Below are positions 1-14,700 of a stretch of DNA of 64,000 nt, one piece after another; within the stretch, counting starts at the first letter, position 1; each line of letters starts with the position of its first letter. Origin of the DNA: Ptychomitrium polyphyllum (lineage: Eukaryota); the NCBI GenBank assembly GCA_973851085.1, contig OZ316775.1, forward strand, positions 3,162,001-3,226,000, read 5' to 3'. Below the pieces are notes generated by a model that searched no databases, was not told the DNA's origin, and saw nothing but the letters and a program-made list of their open reading frames with translations. Both the position numbers and the translations under genes were made by a program.

Positions 1-1862
1 CTCCGGAGTTGCTCTTGGAGCTTTCTACATATGCACTACACGACGGAAGATACGCCCTAGTTGAAAATATGCGACAGCAGCTGGAGGAGCAGATATGGGC
101 CTCTGCATCAGCAGGTCAGCAAATATCTCAGTCCATTCCGTGTTAATTTTAAGGCGAACCCACAAACTCTGTTTGCGTCTGTTTTAATGTAGCCATAGAT
201 TCCAACTTGTCGAGTCTGCAAACTGATTCAAGCTTTCTGTGCAGGCCTCCGGCTCATTGGTTATGCACGGAGTGTGACCCACACATCAGAAGACATAGCA
301 AATCAGGCCCGCGGTGACCCAAATTCTGCTACAGCCATGGAAGGCACAACGTTTCTTGGCTTCATGGCTTTCCAAGACCCAGTACGGGAAGGTGTGGCTG
401 AAGCTGTGGAAAAATGCCACCAAGCAGGTGTCCGGGTCATCATGGTAACCGGCGACCACCTTAAAACTGGACTCGCTATTGCATCAGCTTCCGGAATCCT
501 TGATAGTCAAGGCCTTGAAGGAAGTGAAGACGTTGCAGGTGTTTCTTGTGCAGATAGTTTTTTGCAATCTATGTTAGATGAAGAAGTCAAAAAGATTGTT
601 TCAAAGACAAGTGTCTTCGCACGTGCCACTCCAAATGACAAACTCATCATACTGGAGACACTTCAAGGCTTCGGGAAGTGCGTGATGGCCACTGGCGATG
701 GTATTTAACCGTTATCTACCTTGACTAGTCGTCATTTTGAATTCTAAGGGTTTGAGATTAACCATTCGTTATTAGAGAGCAACTGGACGACAATGGGAGC
801 ATTTCTCGTTTTAAGAGATTGGCCTCTACGAAGATACGTGATGTGACTTGGTTTACGTTTCTCTTCAAATTAGGTTTCAATGATGCTCCTATTTTAGCCA
901 AGGCCGACGTGGGAGCGGCGATGGGGAAAGGAACAGATGTGGCACGTGAAGCAGCCTCGATCGTCTTTGTGGACGATAATTTTGCGATGGTGCCGTTTGC
1001 TCTTGCAGAGGGGCGACGATTGCTCGACAACTTGCGGAAGGCGCTAGCTTTCTACCTGGGCGCCAAGACTGGCCTTATCATGATTTTTGTCATCGGAACT
1101 TTGTGGAAAAGGTAAAGAGAAATTCAACATCTTACTGAAACTACACAACTACACATCTTCGCTTTTGCTTCCTGTATATGGTGTAGTTTTTCGAATGATT
1201 GGTGTATTTGTTTTGAGCATTTGTGGAGACCGAACCCTAGTACTGATAGATATTCTACCTGTTTTGTGTGATGAAGCTTTCCTTTGAGTGCCATCCACAT
1301 CATAGTCCTGGAGCTTTTCATGGATTTGGGCGCGAGCACATCGTTCGTGATGGAATTGGCGGACACAGACATCATGAGCAGGCCTCCTCACAGCGCAGCA
1401 AAGCGCTTCTTCGACCGTGAGCTCATCGGAGGTATTCTTGTTTCTGCCGTGTGCATGCTCCTCACTGTTTTGTTAAGCTTTGCTTATGGGATTCATCGTA
1501 ACCCTAATACTGCACAAACGAGCGCATTCGTGGCTTGGCTGCTTGCACATGTGTTGCTAGCTTTCAACTTGAGAACGATTCGGGAGCCAGTGTATGTTAA
1601 GGGATTTTTCTCGAATCCAGTGATGCTCGTTTGGCTTGTGACTGCTATTGGCCTGGCTATAACAAGTGCAGCGTCCGGCATTCTGAGAAGTCACTTGAAG
1701 TTGGTAGTGTTGCCATGGAATCAATGGTTGGTTATTGCTGGCATTTGTATTTGTGGTACATTTTGGGTGGAGATTGTAAAGATTGTTCTCGCTCGAAGGA
1801 CGAGGTCAGATGATAGTGACAGGTCACGTGAGGAGCAAGCCTCCTTGTTAGCTGCACCATAA
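1..1862 (+). CDS. P-type (P2-like) cation-transporting ATPase, 3' part (5' end outside window); coding exons <1-114, 245-700, 874-1111, 1277-1862
   Basis: GT-AG introns 115-244, 701-873 and 1112-1276 join into one frame carrying P-type motifs in order: (KGA)[60 protein letters not shown] (rebuilt across intron 2), [37 protein letters not shown], then hydrophobic M5-M10 including [17 protein letters not shown] and DIMSRPP; stop TAA at 1860-1862. Confidence 0.93.
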
Positions 1863-4800
1863 AGTTGTTCGAAGTTATTGGAGGGTACAGAATACGGTAG
1901 GTTACAACCCTTGTTATTGTGGACTTAGGATAGATCACTGTGTACAGTGCCTCGGTGTTGGGGGAGAATTCATTGTTGTGAAAAATACCCTGAAAGCATT
2001 ATGTTCAACCAGTTTGGTTAAAGCTTATTTGTCCATTATGTTTCTGCTTCATCCTGAATTGGATTTTGGTTACCATAGCTATATCAAGAGAAAGAGATGA
2101 AATTGCAGAAGATTGGGTGGTATGGTGGTATTAAAAGTAGTCAAGCTGTTGCGATTCTTTTGGTACAAACAGATTGATTGAGACCCAAAATGAAACGAAG
2201 TAGCTGAGCTTTCCACTGAACACCCTTAGCAGTATTGAAGGTACATTCAAGCCGTCTAATAAATCATAGCAAATACTTTGTTATGTGCTTCAGTGAGATG
2301 GAGAAAATCATGGAGTATTCTATTCTCCATTCTAATAATATTGAGACCCATACTGCTGTCAAATACTACGTGGTTTTGAAAGGTTTTTGATAAACCATGC
2401 TAATGTATTTCAATGAGACTTATATGTTTATCCAATCATATATTTTTCTATCATAGTTGTATTGATCATATTTGTATTGAGCTAATGGATTTGTTGCCTC
2501 ATATATAATAAATGAATTTGGTATACATAATATAGGGAGTTCATAAATTTGGTTTATATACAAATCTCTTTGTCGTTATAAAGAAAATAAGGGCTCAAAG
2601 TGCTTGTAAATTTGTCCTTTATTTTATTGTAGCTTTGGTTTTTTTTGGTCTATTATGAAGATAAACTATATAAGGAATTGGTCAAATGTCAATTATGCCT
2701 GAATCTTAAGCAATTAATCCATTGGAATGGAGAATTTATTCATAAATTTGAAGGTCTAATTTCATTGAAAAGTCTACATTAATAAAATTCTATTAATATA
2801 TTGCTTATTTCAATATAAATTTTTTTGCTTAAGCACTAAGAAAACATCTCTCATTTAGAAAATGTTGCATTACACATATTAACAGAATCCAACTTCATAA
2901 AATGTAAGAGTTCCATGGAACTATTTGATGTAAGATTTAGAACATGTCTTGGTACTTAAACCAAGCTTGTTTTAACAATGATTCCTCCCATGCTTGCAAC
3001 AAGCTACAATAAGATTGTTTTAAATGCATTTGGTTATTTTTTTAAATGTTAAAGGTTTGTATGTATTTTGGGTGAGATTTATTTTTAACTGAAAATGTAT
3101 AATGAACTAATCCTAGCTTTACAATTGATTAAAATCTCAACTTGTGCATATACAATTTGTTACATTAAAATCAAAAAATCAAATTGCCACCTCTATACTT
3201 TTGTGTCTTTAAGTAACACCTAAGTTTATTTACTTACTAATTTTTACAACCAACAATTGCTTGAAAGCTAAATTTGCTTCCAAAATGAAAATCATGGGCA
3301 CTTTTTAATTAATATCTTTTGCCAATACTTCTACTAAAATTTAAAAAATTGTGATTTGCAAAAGAAATCACTTATTTGCCAATGTGATAAATTATTAATA
3401 AAGAAACAAGCAAAAAGTTCTTTAAAGTTACATCATGTCAACTTCTACTTAATATGATTTGAGAGAATACAAAGACATTATTATAATTCTAAAATGGTGG
3501 TTTTAATATCTATTTTGTATACAAAAGACCATTTAATCTATCAATTCCTATAATTTCTAGAAGCACATAATCTTAGCAACTTAACTAATATTAAAAAAAC
3601 AACATGTCCATTGTGCTTTAGAACTTCTAATAGATTTTCTACAATATATTTAAACTTTTGCAATAATTATTAGCTTAAAGCAATATTTAATTCAAGAAAT
3701 GGTTTAGCATGAATTAAACCTTCCAACATATGAAGAAATTGCTCACTTACTTGGATATCTTTACACCATTCACCATTTGTCATTCAAAAGCATATAAGGA
3801 ATACTTTAGTTTTAATGTATAGTATAGCTTTAGATTATCACTTATATTTATTTTTTAAACAAACAAATTAGATCTTTACTATAGCCATAATTACCACACT
3901 CATAATCAAAATGTTTAGAATTAGTTGCATTGCATTAACAAGAGCCTAAGTTCTTTTTGTAATGAAAAAATAGAGAGCCTCATGAATTTTGTAGAATTCT
4001 ATAAATTTGTCAATGAGGTATACAATAAGAGTGTTGAATTAATCACATACTTGTTTGACACTTAGTTAAAGTCTAATTGGTGGTCTTTAGGAATTACAAT
4101 GTTAATACCATATATTTTAATTATTAATAGTCAACAAGGCTATAATAACATTCAACACCAATATATTGCATATTGATTTAATGTAAGTGGAATTGCTTTT
4201 ATTTCCAAGTAGGAAATAGAATTGAATTGTAAACAACAAAATTGGTGGCTATTCAATGAAAAGTGCATACATATTATAATTTTTGCATTTTTTGGATTCA
4301 ATTAATGTCATTAACCAAGGCATAAGGTAGAATTTTTAGATATAAAAAAATTTATTTGGTAGTATGCATACACAACAAATCCTTGCAATCTTAACTATAG
4401 GCTTTGAACTATGTGTAAAGTACAATTAAATTGAAATTTTTTAGATTCAATCAATTTCAATACATTCTTGTTAGTTACAACTTACAAATGTGATTCATGT
4501 TTAATACCTTCATAAACATGAGCAAAGTAAATATAATTCAACCTTTTAATTTACATTTGTATAAGGACAATTTAAAAATTAATCTAATTTTGTGTGGAAA
4601 TTTCAAAAGATGACATACATTGTAAATGTTGCTATGTAATTAACAATTAAAAAATTAATTTTACAAATCTATCATTTTCACATGGTTGGTAATTTTAACC
4701 TTGTCAAACAATGTCTATAACTAAAGCTTAGTATACTTCGACACAAGGAGCCTACATAGGTTTACAAAGCAAGAATTATGTCCACTTTGCATGAATCCAG

Positions 4801-7799
4801 CCTAGGTATTGAATACCATAAGTTTGAATCATATGAATATCACATAGATATTGAGCAAAAAATTGATAGAGTGAACTTTCAAGATTTTCTAGAGTGTTTT
4901 TTTTTTTTAAATTCTAATTTCAACAAACAACTTTCTAATTTGTCAGGGAAATGATGAACCTGCAATATAACTAAGTACCTAAAGTATGCAGAGACAGCTT
5001 TTCATGCAGTGAACTACAGCACAAACCTTACTAAAGATGTGGCAATACATTTATAAATTTATTACCAAAAAGTGAATTAGTATTCCAACCCTTCCAGAGT
5101 CAATGGAAACAGAAGGCAGAGTGAAAAGTTGCCAGAAGTTATTGGTAGCATGTACTGCTCTAGGGAGATAAATTTTCCTTGTATCCACTATTCCTACCCT
5201 GTTTTCTTAAGTATGGACTTTAGAACTTTAACTCATGAGTTGCTCTTGTCAGATGCCTTTTGATGTTGATAATTTCTGAACAGGATGTTTAAGAGCTTTG
5301 GTTACATGTCTTAACTTTCAACAGCCATGGTATTTTAGACATCCTAACCACTGTGCGCTATTAGTAGAGTACAGTAAATAACAGAGAACTGCCACAACAA
5401 AGTGCCCTGATACACTGATGTTAGCTCTTACTTGCTGCTGAAGCTTACAAGGTGCATTTGATGACAAGAATGTCAAACCGTCACCATCCATTACTTAAGT
5501 AAGATTAACTTGTAGCCAACTGTGAGATGAATCTCAAGCGAACATGGCACAGTGTGTGTTGTGAATGCAGAGCTTTTCTGTTGGAAGAAGGAAAGCCAAT
5601 GAAGGGCAAGGGAGGTTTTGTGCAAAGATGGAAGCTTGTATGCTTTCTGCACTCTTCTTTACACTGCTAAATAAGTTAAATGTTGTGTTTACTTCTGTGC
5701 TTGCATCCTCCTAGTTCTACAGCTGCTGACATTCTTAGAAATTAGTTTGTTTTAAAGCAGTATGAACCTTTGCATAGTTGATTTCATTTGATGCTACGTG
5801 CTAGGCTGTGTCTGCTAATTCATTGTACTCACCTACAAGTTTCACTATTTCTCTGGTGAGATTTAGCAGTCAGAAACAAGCTTGTTGCAGAAGTACTGTG
5901 GATCACTTGAGCTATGTGCATCTGTGTTGAAGTGGATTTTTAGTGATGCAGAGAAGCTACACCATCTTGTCAATCCAAGCCCAAGTTCAAGGGCCATGAG
6001 TGAACACAAAAGCCAGTGGGTTTGGTAAGTTGAAGGATCTTCAAGACATCTTTTTTGATATCATGCACAATTTGACAGGAAGTATGCTGGACAGCAACTG
6101 TGATACAGAGTAGAGGTGTTTTACTAGTGTAGCAAATCTCTTCAACGTCCTGTAGGATATGGGCATTATGTTCTTGCATTTGCAATAATCATTACTCTCT
6201 AAATTGCTACACCATCAACTTCTATTAGTGAAAACTTAAGAGATTTGGGACATCAGTACTTTTTGATTATGCAGAGTTAGTGGGTTTTGCTAATTTAGAT
6301 TTTTACAGTACTCTGGGTATGGTAGCTGTGGCCTGTCACAATAACTTTCACTCAATGATAGTGTTTCAACAATAATTAAGATAGAACTGGATTTTCTTCA
6401 TTGACTATTGATATGAATTATCCTTCCACTTCGAGCCCTTGAAAAGATGAGTCAATGAAGTAACCTTGTTCTAATTTTAGACAAATTTTGATGTTTTAAT
6501 ACAACACAATTTGTACTGTCGCAGGTGTTGGAGAGTTTTTGTGTAGGCCTAGAATACTTGCATCCACACCCTGGAGCAAAAGTCTGGATGAATAGTACCT
6601 CCATGTAGCAACTTCAAACATTTGTCAAGGCACCCTGGATATTGTCCTGGATATGCAGCACTAGAATGCTGAAGAATAACGAGCTAACTTACATCATTCA
6701 ACTTTGCAATTAACTTCCATGTCATTTTCTTTCTTCTTTTTGTCACAATCAAATTTCATGAACTATGGAAGTAATAAACATCTATGCTTCTGTAAGCTTG
6801 CAAACCAACTCCACTGAAGTCATGATTATTTTCAAAGAGGCATTCTGATTATATTTGTGATTCATTCACACCACTAGAAACTCAGGTCAAGAAAACCAAA
6901 GTTCATCACCAAAAATTCTGTTCATTTTGAGTGGTTGAATGTGATTGATTGGTTGTTAATCTATGTGCTTTTGGTCGAGTGCAACAAAGAAGTGGTTTCC
7001 AAAGTGAGTCCACTGTGTTAAGAAATAATTTTAGTTAATCATGATGTACCATCCTCTACTTCTCAATTAGCAAACTATTAAGCATTATTCTATATTAAGT
7101 AGGAAAACATGTTTTTGGTGAATCATGAGATGAAATAAATACATTTGAAGATTTAGGATAAATTTTGGGATGTTTGAATTGAAATCTTGGAAGTAAAATC
7201 TTCACCACTTTGGTTATCCTAGCCATGTCTTTGTATATGTGTAAAGCACCTTGTATCTGCATGGTTTAGCAAGTTCTTATATCAACAATGGATTTGATAA
7301 CTTACATTGAATTTGGTAAGTGATGTAGTGTGTATGATAGACTTTTGTGAATGGTGTTCATGTGGAGGTTCAAGTGGATATGTAGAGGTTTTCAAAGTGT
7401 TGAAATCAATGCCATGAACATCAGGTGGAAGAATATCTCATGAAGAATATCTTATAAAAATATCTCATGATCTTACTAACCAATGTGCTAGGCTCAAAAT
7501 CCAGCCTACAAGACTCAAAGTTAGTTGATGGGGTTTGATATTACTAACTATATGGACATCCGCATGAATATACTCACCCTTGCAAAGACATTGTCCATCC
7601 CTCACCAATATACACATGAACTTCCCAGTTGACACACATGAAATGCACACCTTAAAGAAATTGAGAATGTGAAAAAATTAAAACGTATTGTAAAAGTCAA
7701 AATGGAAATAGCACCCAAAAATTGGATTTGAATTTGCTAGCAATTGTGGAACAGTAAAATTCCAAATGATTTTACCATCCACATAACTCTCAACCTGTG

Positions 7800-8700
7800 T
7801 GGGTTGTGTGGTAACCTGCTCATCCAAAATAGGTCTGACAAGTACCCCATTTCACCGAAATGAACAGCAGGTCACTAAATCAAATGAGCTTCCTGTAGTT
7901 AGTTTCGTGGTGACCAGTTCGGTGTTCCTGTCCTCGGTTTCCACTAGTGTCGACCATTACCACGACGATGGAATTCGAGCGTTCGGGTTGTATAGGCAGA
8001 CTCTGTGGGATCGATCGGTGCAAAGTTAGGTGCAAGTTGCATCGCGAACAGAGCAACATATGCCGGACAATTCCACTGAAGCTGGCCGCTGATTGCCATC
8101 ACTGCAGATTCGAGAGTAAAGGTAGCCATCTTTTGATGAGTTTACAATTTTAGATTTTAATGAGTCACACGAGATACTACACAATTGTTGGGGCAATGCG
8201 CTTGGACAAACTTATACATCTGTTCTCTACCTGAATATACCTTGCAGTTGGTCGCTGCCGATCATGATTCTGTCTGCTTGCTCCGCCTCAACCTGTCTTA
8301 GCACGTGCTCTCTTCGAAGCCGCAACTCCAGAGCTCTCTTCCCCCCCCTCGTGAAATCCTGCGTTCCGTTCGCCATTCGTTGTCCTTCGTTACCCCTGTG
8401 CTCCTCTTGTTTGTCGATTTTTCATATCCTTGTTGTTGATGCATTGTGATTCAACTCTGTTGCTTGTGCCTTGGATGTCATGTTCTCCTTTTCGTTGGGT
8501 TGATCCGATTTTTTTGGTGCAGTGACTTTATTCTTGCTTGCCTGTTTGCCAATACAGTATTTGCTTGGTGCTAGTTGCTATGCAGCTGATCTCTTGTGGT
8601 CGTCATTTGTTGATGATTTGAAGCTGTTATTTTGCTGGTAATCACCATTTGTTGCTCAACCCAAGATGACGAACGTGCCATCATCCAATGCCAAGCTGCC
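7800..8700. promoter_or_regulatory. CG-rich promoter/first-exon-like island with no identifiable downstream CDS
   Basis: Many CG dinucleotides are retained against CG-poor flanks. A pyrimidine-rich CT tract at about 8305-8420 is followed by T/G-rich intron-like sequence on +; minus-strand donor-like sites lie near 8230-8240. Boundaries are approximate. Confidence 0.4.
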
Positions 8701-11700
8701 CCTCTTCCATACCCAGACTGAAACTTGTGCTCCTAAAACATGATAATGACCTGATGTTAAAAGATTTCTTGAACCTTATTCAGAAGAACCCAAGAAAATC
8801 CCAGAATCAAACCGTGTAAGATGTAAAGGAATCTTTCAAAGTTTGACAATGAGCTATGGCTTTCTTCAGCTCTCAAACGTAGACTAATCAAGTTCAAGAG
8901 TAAGCTCTCAAGTGCAGACTTGCACTTTGTGAGCTCTAAAGTATGCTATCAATGATTAAGATTTAACAAAAACACTTGGCATTGTGTGTGGTAACCTTCC
9001 CTAGCCTCCAGTCCATCCAAGATTACCTAGTCCATATGTATTCCAGCATCTGGTTGCTATGGTGTGAGATGCAAACTCCAGGCTCCTGTTCCCCCACTTC
9101 ATTTCCAAGTGCTTGAAGCCTGTTTCCATCACCACACTGCTTGGTTTGTCGGATCAAAGATAGCTGACAATGGTATGTGCAACATGAATTACAATGTATT
9201 GCTTGGGTACACCAAACCGGAGGTTATAAACCTTGGGTTAATAGGCATTCATTAGCATTCATACATCCAAGGTAGCACTGTAGGTGTAGTTTTACCCCAG
9301 CCTGGGCAATGCACCTTGTCTTCTACGAGACCAGATCATGAAACTGAATGAGGAGCCAAAAGTAATCCACTTAATTGAAACTTCAGTTAATTAACCTGCA
9401 AAGCATTTAAATTCGGCTCTCTCTGTCAGAGTGCATCAACATGCAATCTGGTTTTCTTGCATTTGGTTATAGTTTTTAGTCTAGAATATAGTAATATAAT
9501 GTTTTATATTCTGCAGCCTGCCTTGGGCTTTGCAGTTTCATTCTGCTGCTGACCACAGTGTTACTCAATTTGGATGTATGTTGCAAGGTGCTCTGATATG
9601 AGGTAATTACTCCTGAAGTACCCACGTTGCAAATTAGCATTTAGATTTGAGAAGTTGCACTTGTGATTAAATATGCATGAAAGCAATAACTGTCTTCAGG
9701 TAAGTTACTTGTAGGTAAACTTTAAGTGAACTTTCCACAAAATCCTACAAGACACAGTTGAAAAATTATGCTCAACTTTGTAAGAAGGTCAGAATATAGA
9801 CAGTCCTTAACACATATAATTTCATACAGTTTTCATCAGATTTTCCTTGATTAGTATGTAGTACAATAGCATATATCCTCTATGCTATAGAACGTTTCTA
9901 AGGTTCTGTATAAGTGTAAAAATAAAAACAAAAATACATATATTTCCTGCAACCACTTCTACAAATTGCAACTATGTGGTTAACACCTTTTCTGAAGCTT
10001 GGTCTCCTACAAAGTAGAAGAGTATTTGTGTTATCCTTAAAACAACATTGATCTTCACACCTACCAAGATATTGATCAAGAGACAAAATATTGTGAGCAT
10101 TATTGCAACTTGGGAGCAATATTGAGTCATGCATCTGGTGAAAGGTACATTGTCATAGGAGTATTCTGTTGATATTGTGTGATGACAAGAGGCCATTTTA
10201 CATCCTTATTCCAAATGGCACTTCTCTCAAATTTGAAGAGGTCCATTATGGACTGAAATGAGATTATCATGAACAGCCAGCCATTTAGTGGACACAGCTT
10301 CTGGTGAGGCGACAATCCAATATTTATGCTTAAAGATTGCAAACTAGCAACTTGAAAGCAACAGCTTACCTTGTCAAGCATTCTAGAAGCAAGCTTTTAT
10401 ATAATACCTGTGGTCACTGTGGGTACATCAGCATTCTTTGGAATTCAGTAGCTGGAAGATACCAAGATGCACTGAAGTTGTCTTAAGATCACACTGCACA
10501 GGATATTCTGCAGCTATGTTAGGATTGGCAAATGGATGGAATATGACCCATTCCAATGGAGTTAAAGCTCCAAATTCTAAAGGCCACTATCATTTGTTTA
10601 TTTGTAGTGATGTCCAAAATTTGAGCTTCTAAATCCACCAAGATGGAGTTATCTCTCCATTTATAGGTCCTTAATGAAGGTTCTTTATTTGTTAATTTCT
10701 TAAACAAAAAAATAAAATCTTATTAAGGTGAATGCTGATAATTCATATAGTGTTTCTCTTTATAATTATGATATATTGTAGCTTAAATTGAAAAATATAT
10801 TATTTAATTAATTAAAAGCACATTTTGGATACTTGTCAAAACTAGAAAATGTTTTAACTATTCAAAAAAATTCTTTTGATTGTTTTTTATCAAAATTACC
10901 AGTAGTATTATTATTTGTAGTACTAAGATTATGTGGAGGTTTTAAAGCATATATAGAAATAGATAGAAATTAACTTTATTATAAAGGTATTGAATTTATA
11001 TTGAGCTTACAAGATACAATTTTAATTGAAACTTTAGTTTGATCTCCCTTATTGTTATGATTAAAAAGTACTAAATTTTAATAAATGGAATAATATGTAT
11101 ATGAGTCATTACAACTAAGAGACTTTTCAATGAAATGAAAAATAATAATTAAAATTTTCAAAAGTATAAAAAGAAACCACTTGTTATGCTCAATACAATA
11201 AATTAATAGTTGCAAATGAGACACTTAGAATATAACTAAAAATGTTGCAAGGTAATTATCTTTGACTTTGACAACATTTAACACCAAAAAGTACATTCTA
11301 TTGTGTTTTAAAGATCTATTAACTATTAATGTTGTATTTAAAAAACAAAACTTTTATTTTGAGATTATTTACTAGAATAATTAATCAAAAATATTTGGAT
11401 AAAAGATTCTTTGAATTTTTTAATAAATGATTTTTTGTATATAATATCTAATACTTACTTAAATTATCTTTATGTCTTTTAATTTTAAGTTGATAAATTC
11501 AATCTACATAAAATTCGATAAAAAATTTGTAAACTGAGTAAACTAAATCTAGAAAGTAAAAAGAAAGTATAAAACAAAATCAAAATACAAGTAAAGTCAT
11601 CTTCAAGTAAATTTAGATATTAAAGATATCAAGTCATGGTATTTTGATCTGTTAATAATTACCATTTGATCCAAAAAAATTGTTAGATTAGTAATAGTAC

Positions 11701-14700
11701 TATCAACAATCATATTTTATAGAGAAATTTTATGCAAGATGGATGTTTTATCAAGTATTAAAATCACTAATATTTTTCATATAAAACATAGTTGATTTAA
11801 GTATTTAATTGAATAGGATTCTTGTTAAATCTGGTTTTTTGGTGAATTTCAAACTACTAAGTAGATAAGAAATGATTCCATTCCATTGGATTTAGTGCCA
11901 TAGTTTTGGAAATCATTTTAGCAAACAAATGATAGCAATGCCCATAATTCAGAACTCCAATTCCATTGAAATGGAGTCATTTCCTTATTTATTTTGCAAT
12001 TCAAAAATTCATCAAAAAGTTTATATTTCATAAAGACTATATTTCTTGAATAAATAATTATTAGACTATTGATTTGTACATGTGATGCGATTAGCAAAAA
12101 ACAATGTAGTAGGAAACCAATAATCCTTTCTCCAAATATTACCTGCATTGTATCAATTATGTAATTTTTAAAAATAATCTACATTTAAATTAATTTTTTC
12201 TTTGAAATTTGTATAAAACAACATGCTTCATAAACAATACAATAAAGAGGGTACTTGTAATGAAGAAATAGCTTTCAAATAAATTCAATATATAAAAATA
12301 AAATATACATCTAATAATTGACAATGTCTTTTTTTTAAATTATGATTTCAAAATTTTATATAATACTGTTATTGAAATTAGTGCAATTGAACTTTTATAT
12401 TTTATAAAGTACATTAATGAAGATTAACTCCAAAAAGTCTAATCATGCATTTTTACATGATTTTATTCATCTAAATGTATTTCTTACTTGCTTACAAAAT
12501 TTCATCCATTTTCTCAAACTAAGAAGTCATAAATTTTATTGCAAACTTAGAATTAACTTGTGATTTTTTTGTTTAACCTTAATGATTTTAAAGGCATACT
12601 ACAAACATATATATACTACTTTTTATATGTTGTTGTTGAAATGAATAGGAAGAGATTACACACTTGCAGTTAAAATTATAAATTAAATTTTTTTAAGAAT
12701 ATACAGCTCTACTATTATCAAACAACAATGGATAATCAAAAATTAAAAATAATAATTTTAATTGTTTTTGTATAAGTTGTTTAGTTTTAAGTGGTAGTAG
12801 CAATGTTATGAGCTTTTTTGTTGATTGAATGTAAGATTTATCTCTTTTCTTTGGTTAAAGTTTAAGTATTAGTAAACTTGTATAAACGGCTGTACAATAT
12901 AAAGTGGTGTAGCATTTTAAGTGAGCAATTGTAAGCAAGTAGTTTTACAAGTAATAAGTTTTTTTTTAGTTAATATGTGATGGATCTTGTGAATTAGAGA
13001 AAAATTGATTCTTCTGAAATCTGTTTTGGAAAATAGAACAAACATTGCATGGTGCATGGCTATAATGTTGATGTTTTTAAAAGTGTGTTTTATGGATATT
13101 ACAAGGATATCACAATTTTTTTGAAATTCTCATTGGAAGAATATGAGTAGTAATTAATGCCTTACCTACAAATATTATAAGTAGTGCAACATTTTATTCT
13201 CTTATAATAATGTCATAAATGCACAATGTTCAAGTTTAAGTAGAGCATGCAATTAGCTTTGTTTTAAAAAATGAATTACAAAAAAAGATAAATAACATAT
13301 GAATAATTTTGTTTTTTAATAAATATAGACTAAAAACTTTCAAAAGAATCAAGAACGTCCAAGGTGGTCTATAAAGGTTTGTAGAAGGTCTAAGGCATCT
13401 TTAAAAAATTGCTAAAAAAACTACCTTGGTCTTAGAATACTCCAATAAGTTAAGAAAATTTCCAAAGAAGCAATATGACATTGCTTAAATACAACTAGAT
13501 GTATTAGTAGTTCCCTCAAATTTTTTTAATGAATTCCAGATCTATAGTATATAGGAATTAAGGTTAAAAACATTAACAAAACATCTATTGTGGTCTAATT
13601 CACACCTTTTGTATTTATACCTTGTTGTAATTTCTCTAGTTTTTGATATAAAGTTCAATTATTTAATCTCTTTATCTTGTGTTTTCATTTGTAACATTAT
13701 TGTTTAGAAAATAATTGTTTATAAGCATAGGCTATGCATAGAATAATATGGAATTTTAAGAAATAAGATCCTTATAACTATATAATAAGAAAATTAGTCT
13801 AAAATATAATAAATAGTTTTTAATTATTTTTTTTATTTTTGATTCATGTTTTTATGTCATGAAATTGATGTGCAATTAATCCTAAAACTTGTTATTATTG
13901 ACATCTAACAAAATAATCTTTTTTAAATTATAAAGAGATTTGAGGTTAATATGGTATTGAGTGTCTTTTGCAAATTTTTATTATTAGCATATTGACTATT
14001 AGCCTTTGCATAGATATAAACTACTATTATGTGGGTGCTATTGTTTTTTGTACCATTTAAATACGTATTTTAATTTGTTTCATATCTAAGGTATGGATAT
14101 TATAATGGTGTATAAGTTATAATTTTAAAAAATTCACCTTATAATATTAAAATTCTCAAAATAGTTTTGATATAGACGTATTACAATTTAAAGCAGATTT
14201 TCCTAGATGCGGGCATTTTGTATTTGAAAAAAAAGATATGCATACTCATATTGATATTATTTTACCTGAGATAATGTTTAGAAAAAAACTGACAGTCTTT
14301 TAAAAACTTGATTAATATGAATGCAATATGGTCCAATGGAAATACCACAATTTCGAAATCAACAAAGCATATTGGTTCCAAATCTTCAGAGTTTTGGTTC
14401 AGATTTAGTTAATGTACATTTTTATATAAAATTAATGTGCTCTTTGTAAAAAGTTAGCTCAGTTTTATTTTATTTAAAACATATACAGTTTTAGTTAAAT
14501 ATTTTACTTAAAGATAACCAAAATTTTGCATTTGAAGATGATATACTATATGGTGGATATACAGACAATTTTCACATTTTTTTAAAAATTAAAATTAAAA
14601 ACAAATAATAGCGTTCAATATTTAAAATATAAAATTTGAAACTGGAATTGATCACAAAGGAAAAAACATAGTAGCAAGCCAATGTAATAAAATCAACACT

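Noticed and set aside
758..1938. Antisense and alternate-frame ORFs over the ATPase
   Set aside because: Shadows of ATPase exons and introns; the spliced plus-strand model explains the region.
3780..3965. IALTRA* resembling superfamily-1 helicase motif VI (Helitron- or UPF1-like)
   Set aside because: Six-residue match in very AT-rich DNA without convincing in-frame upstream motifs.
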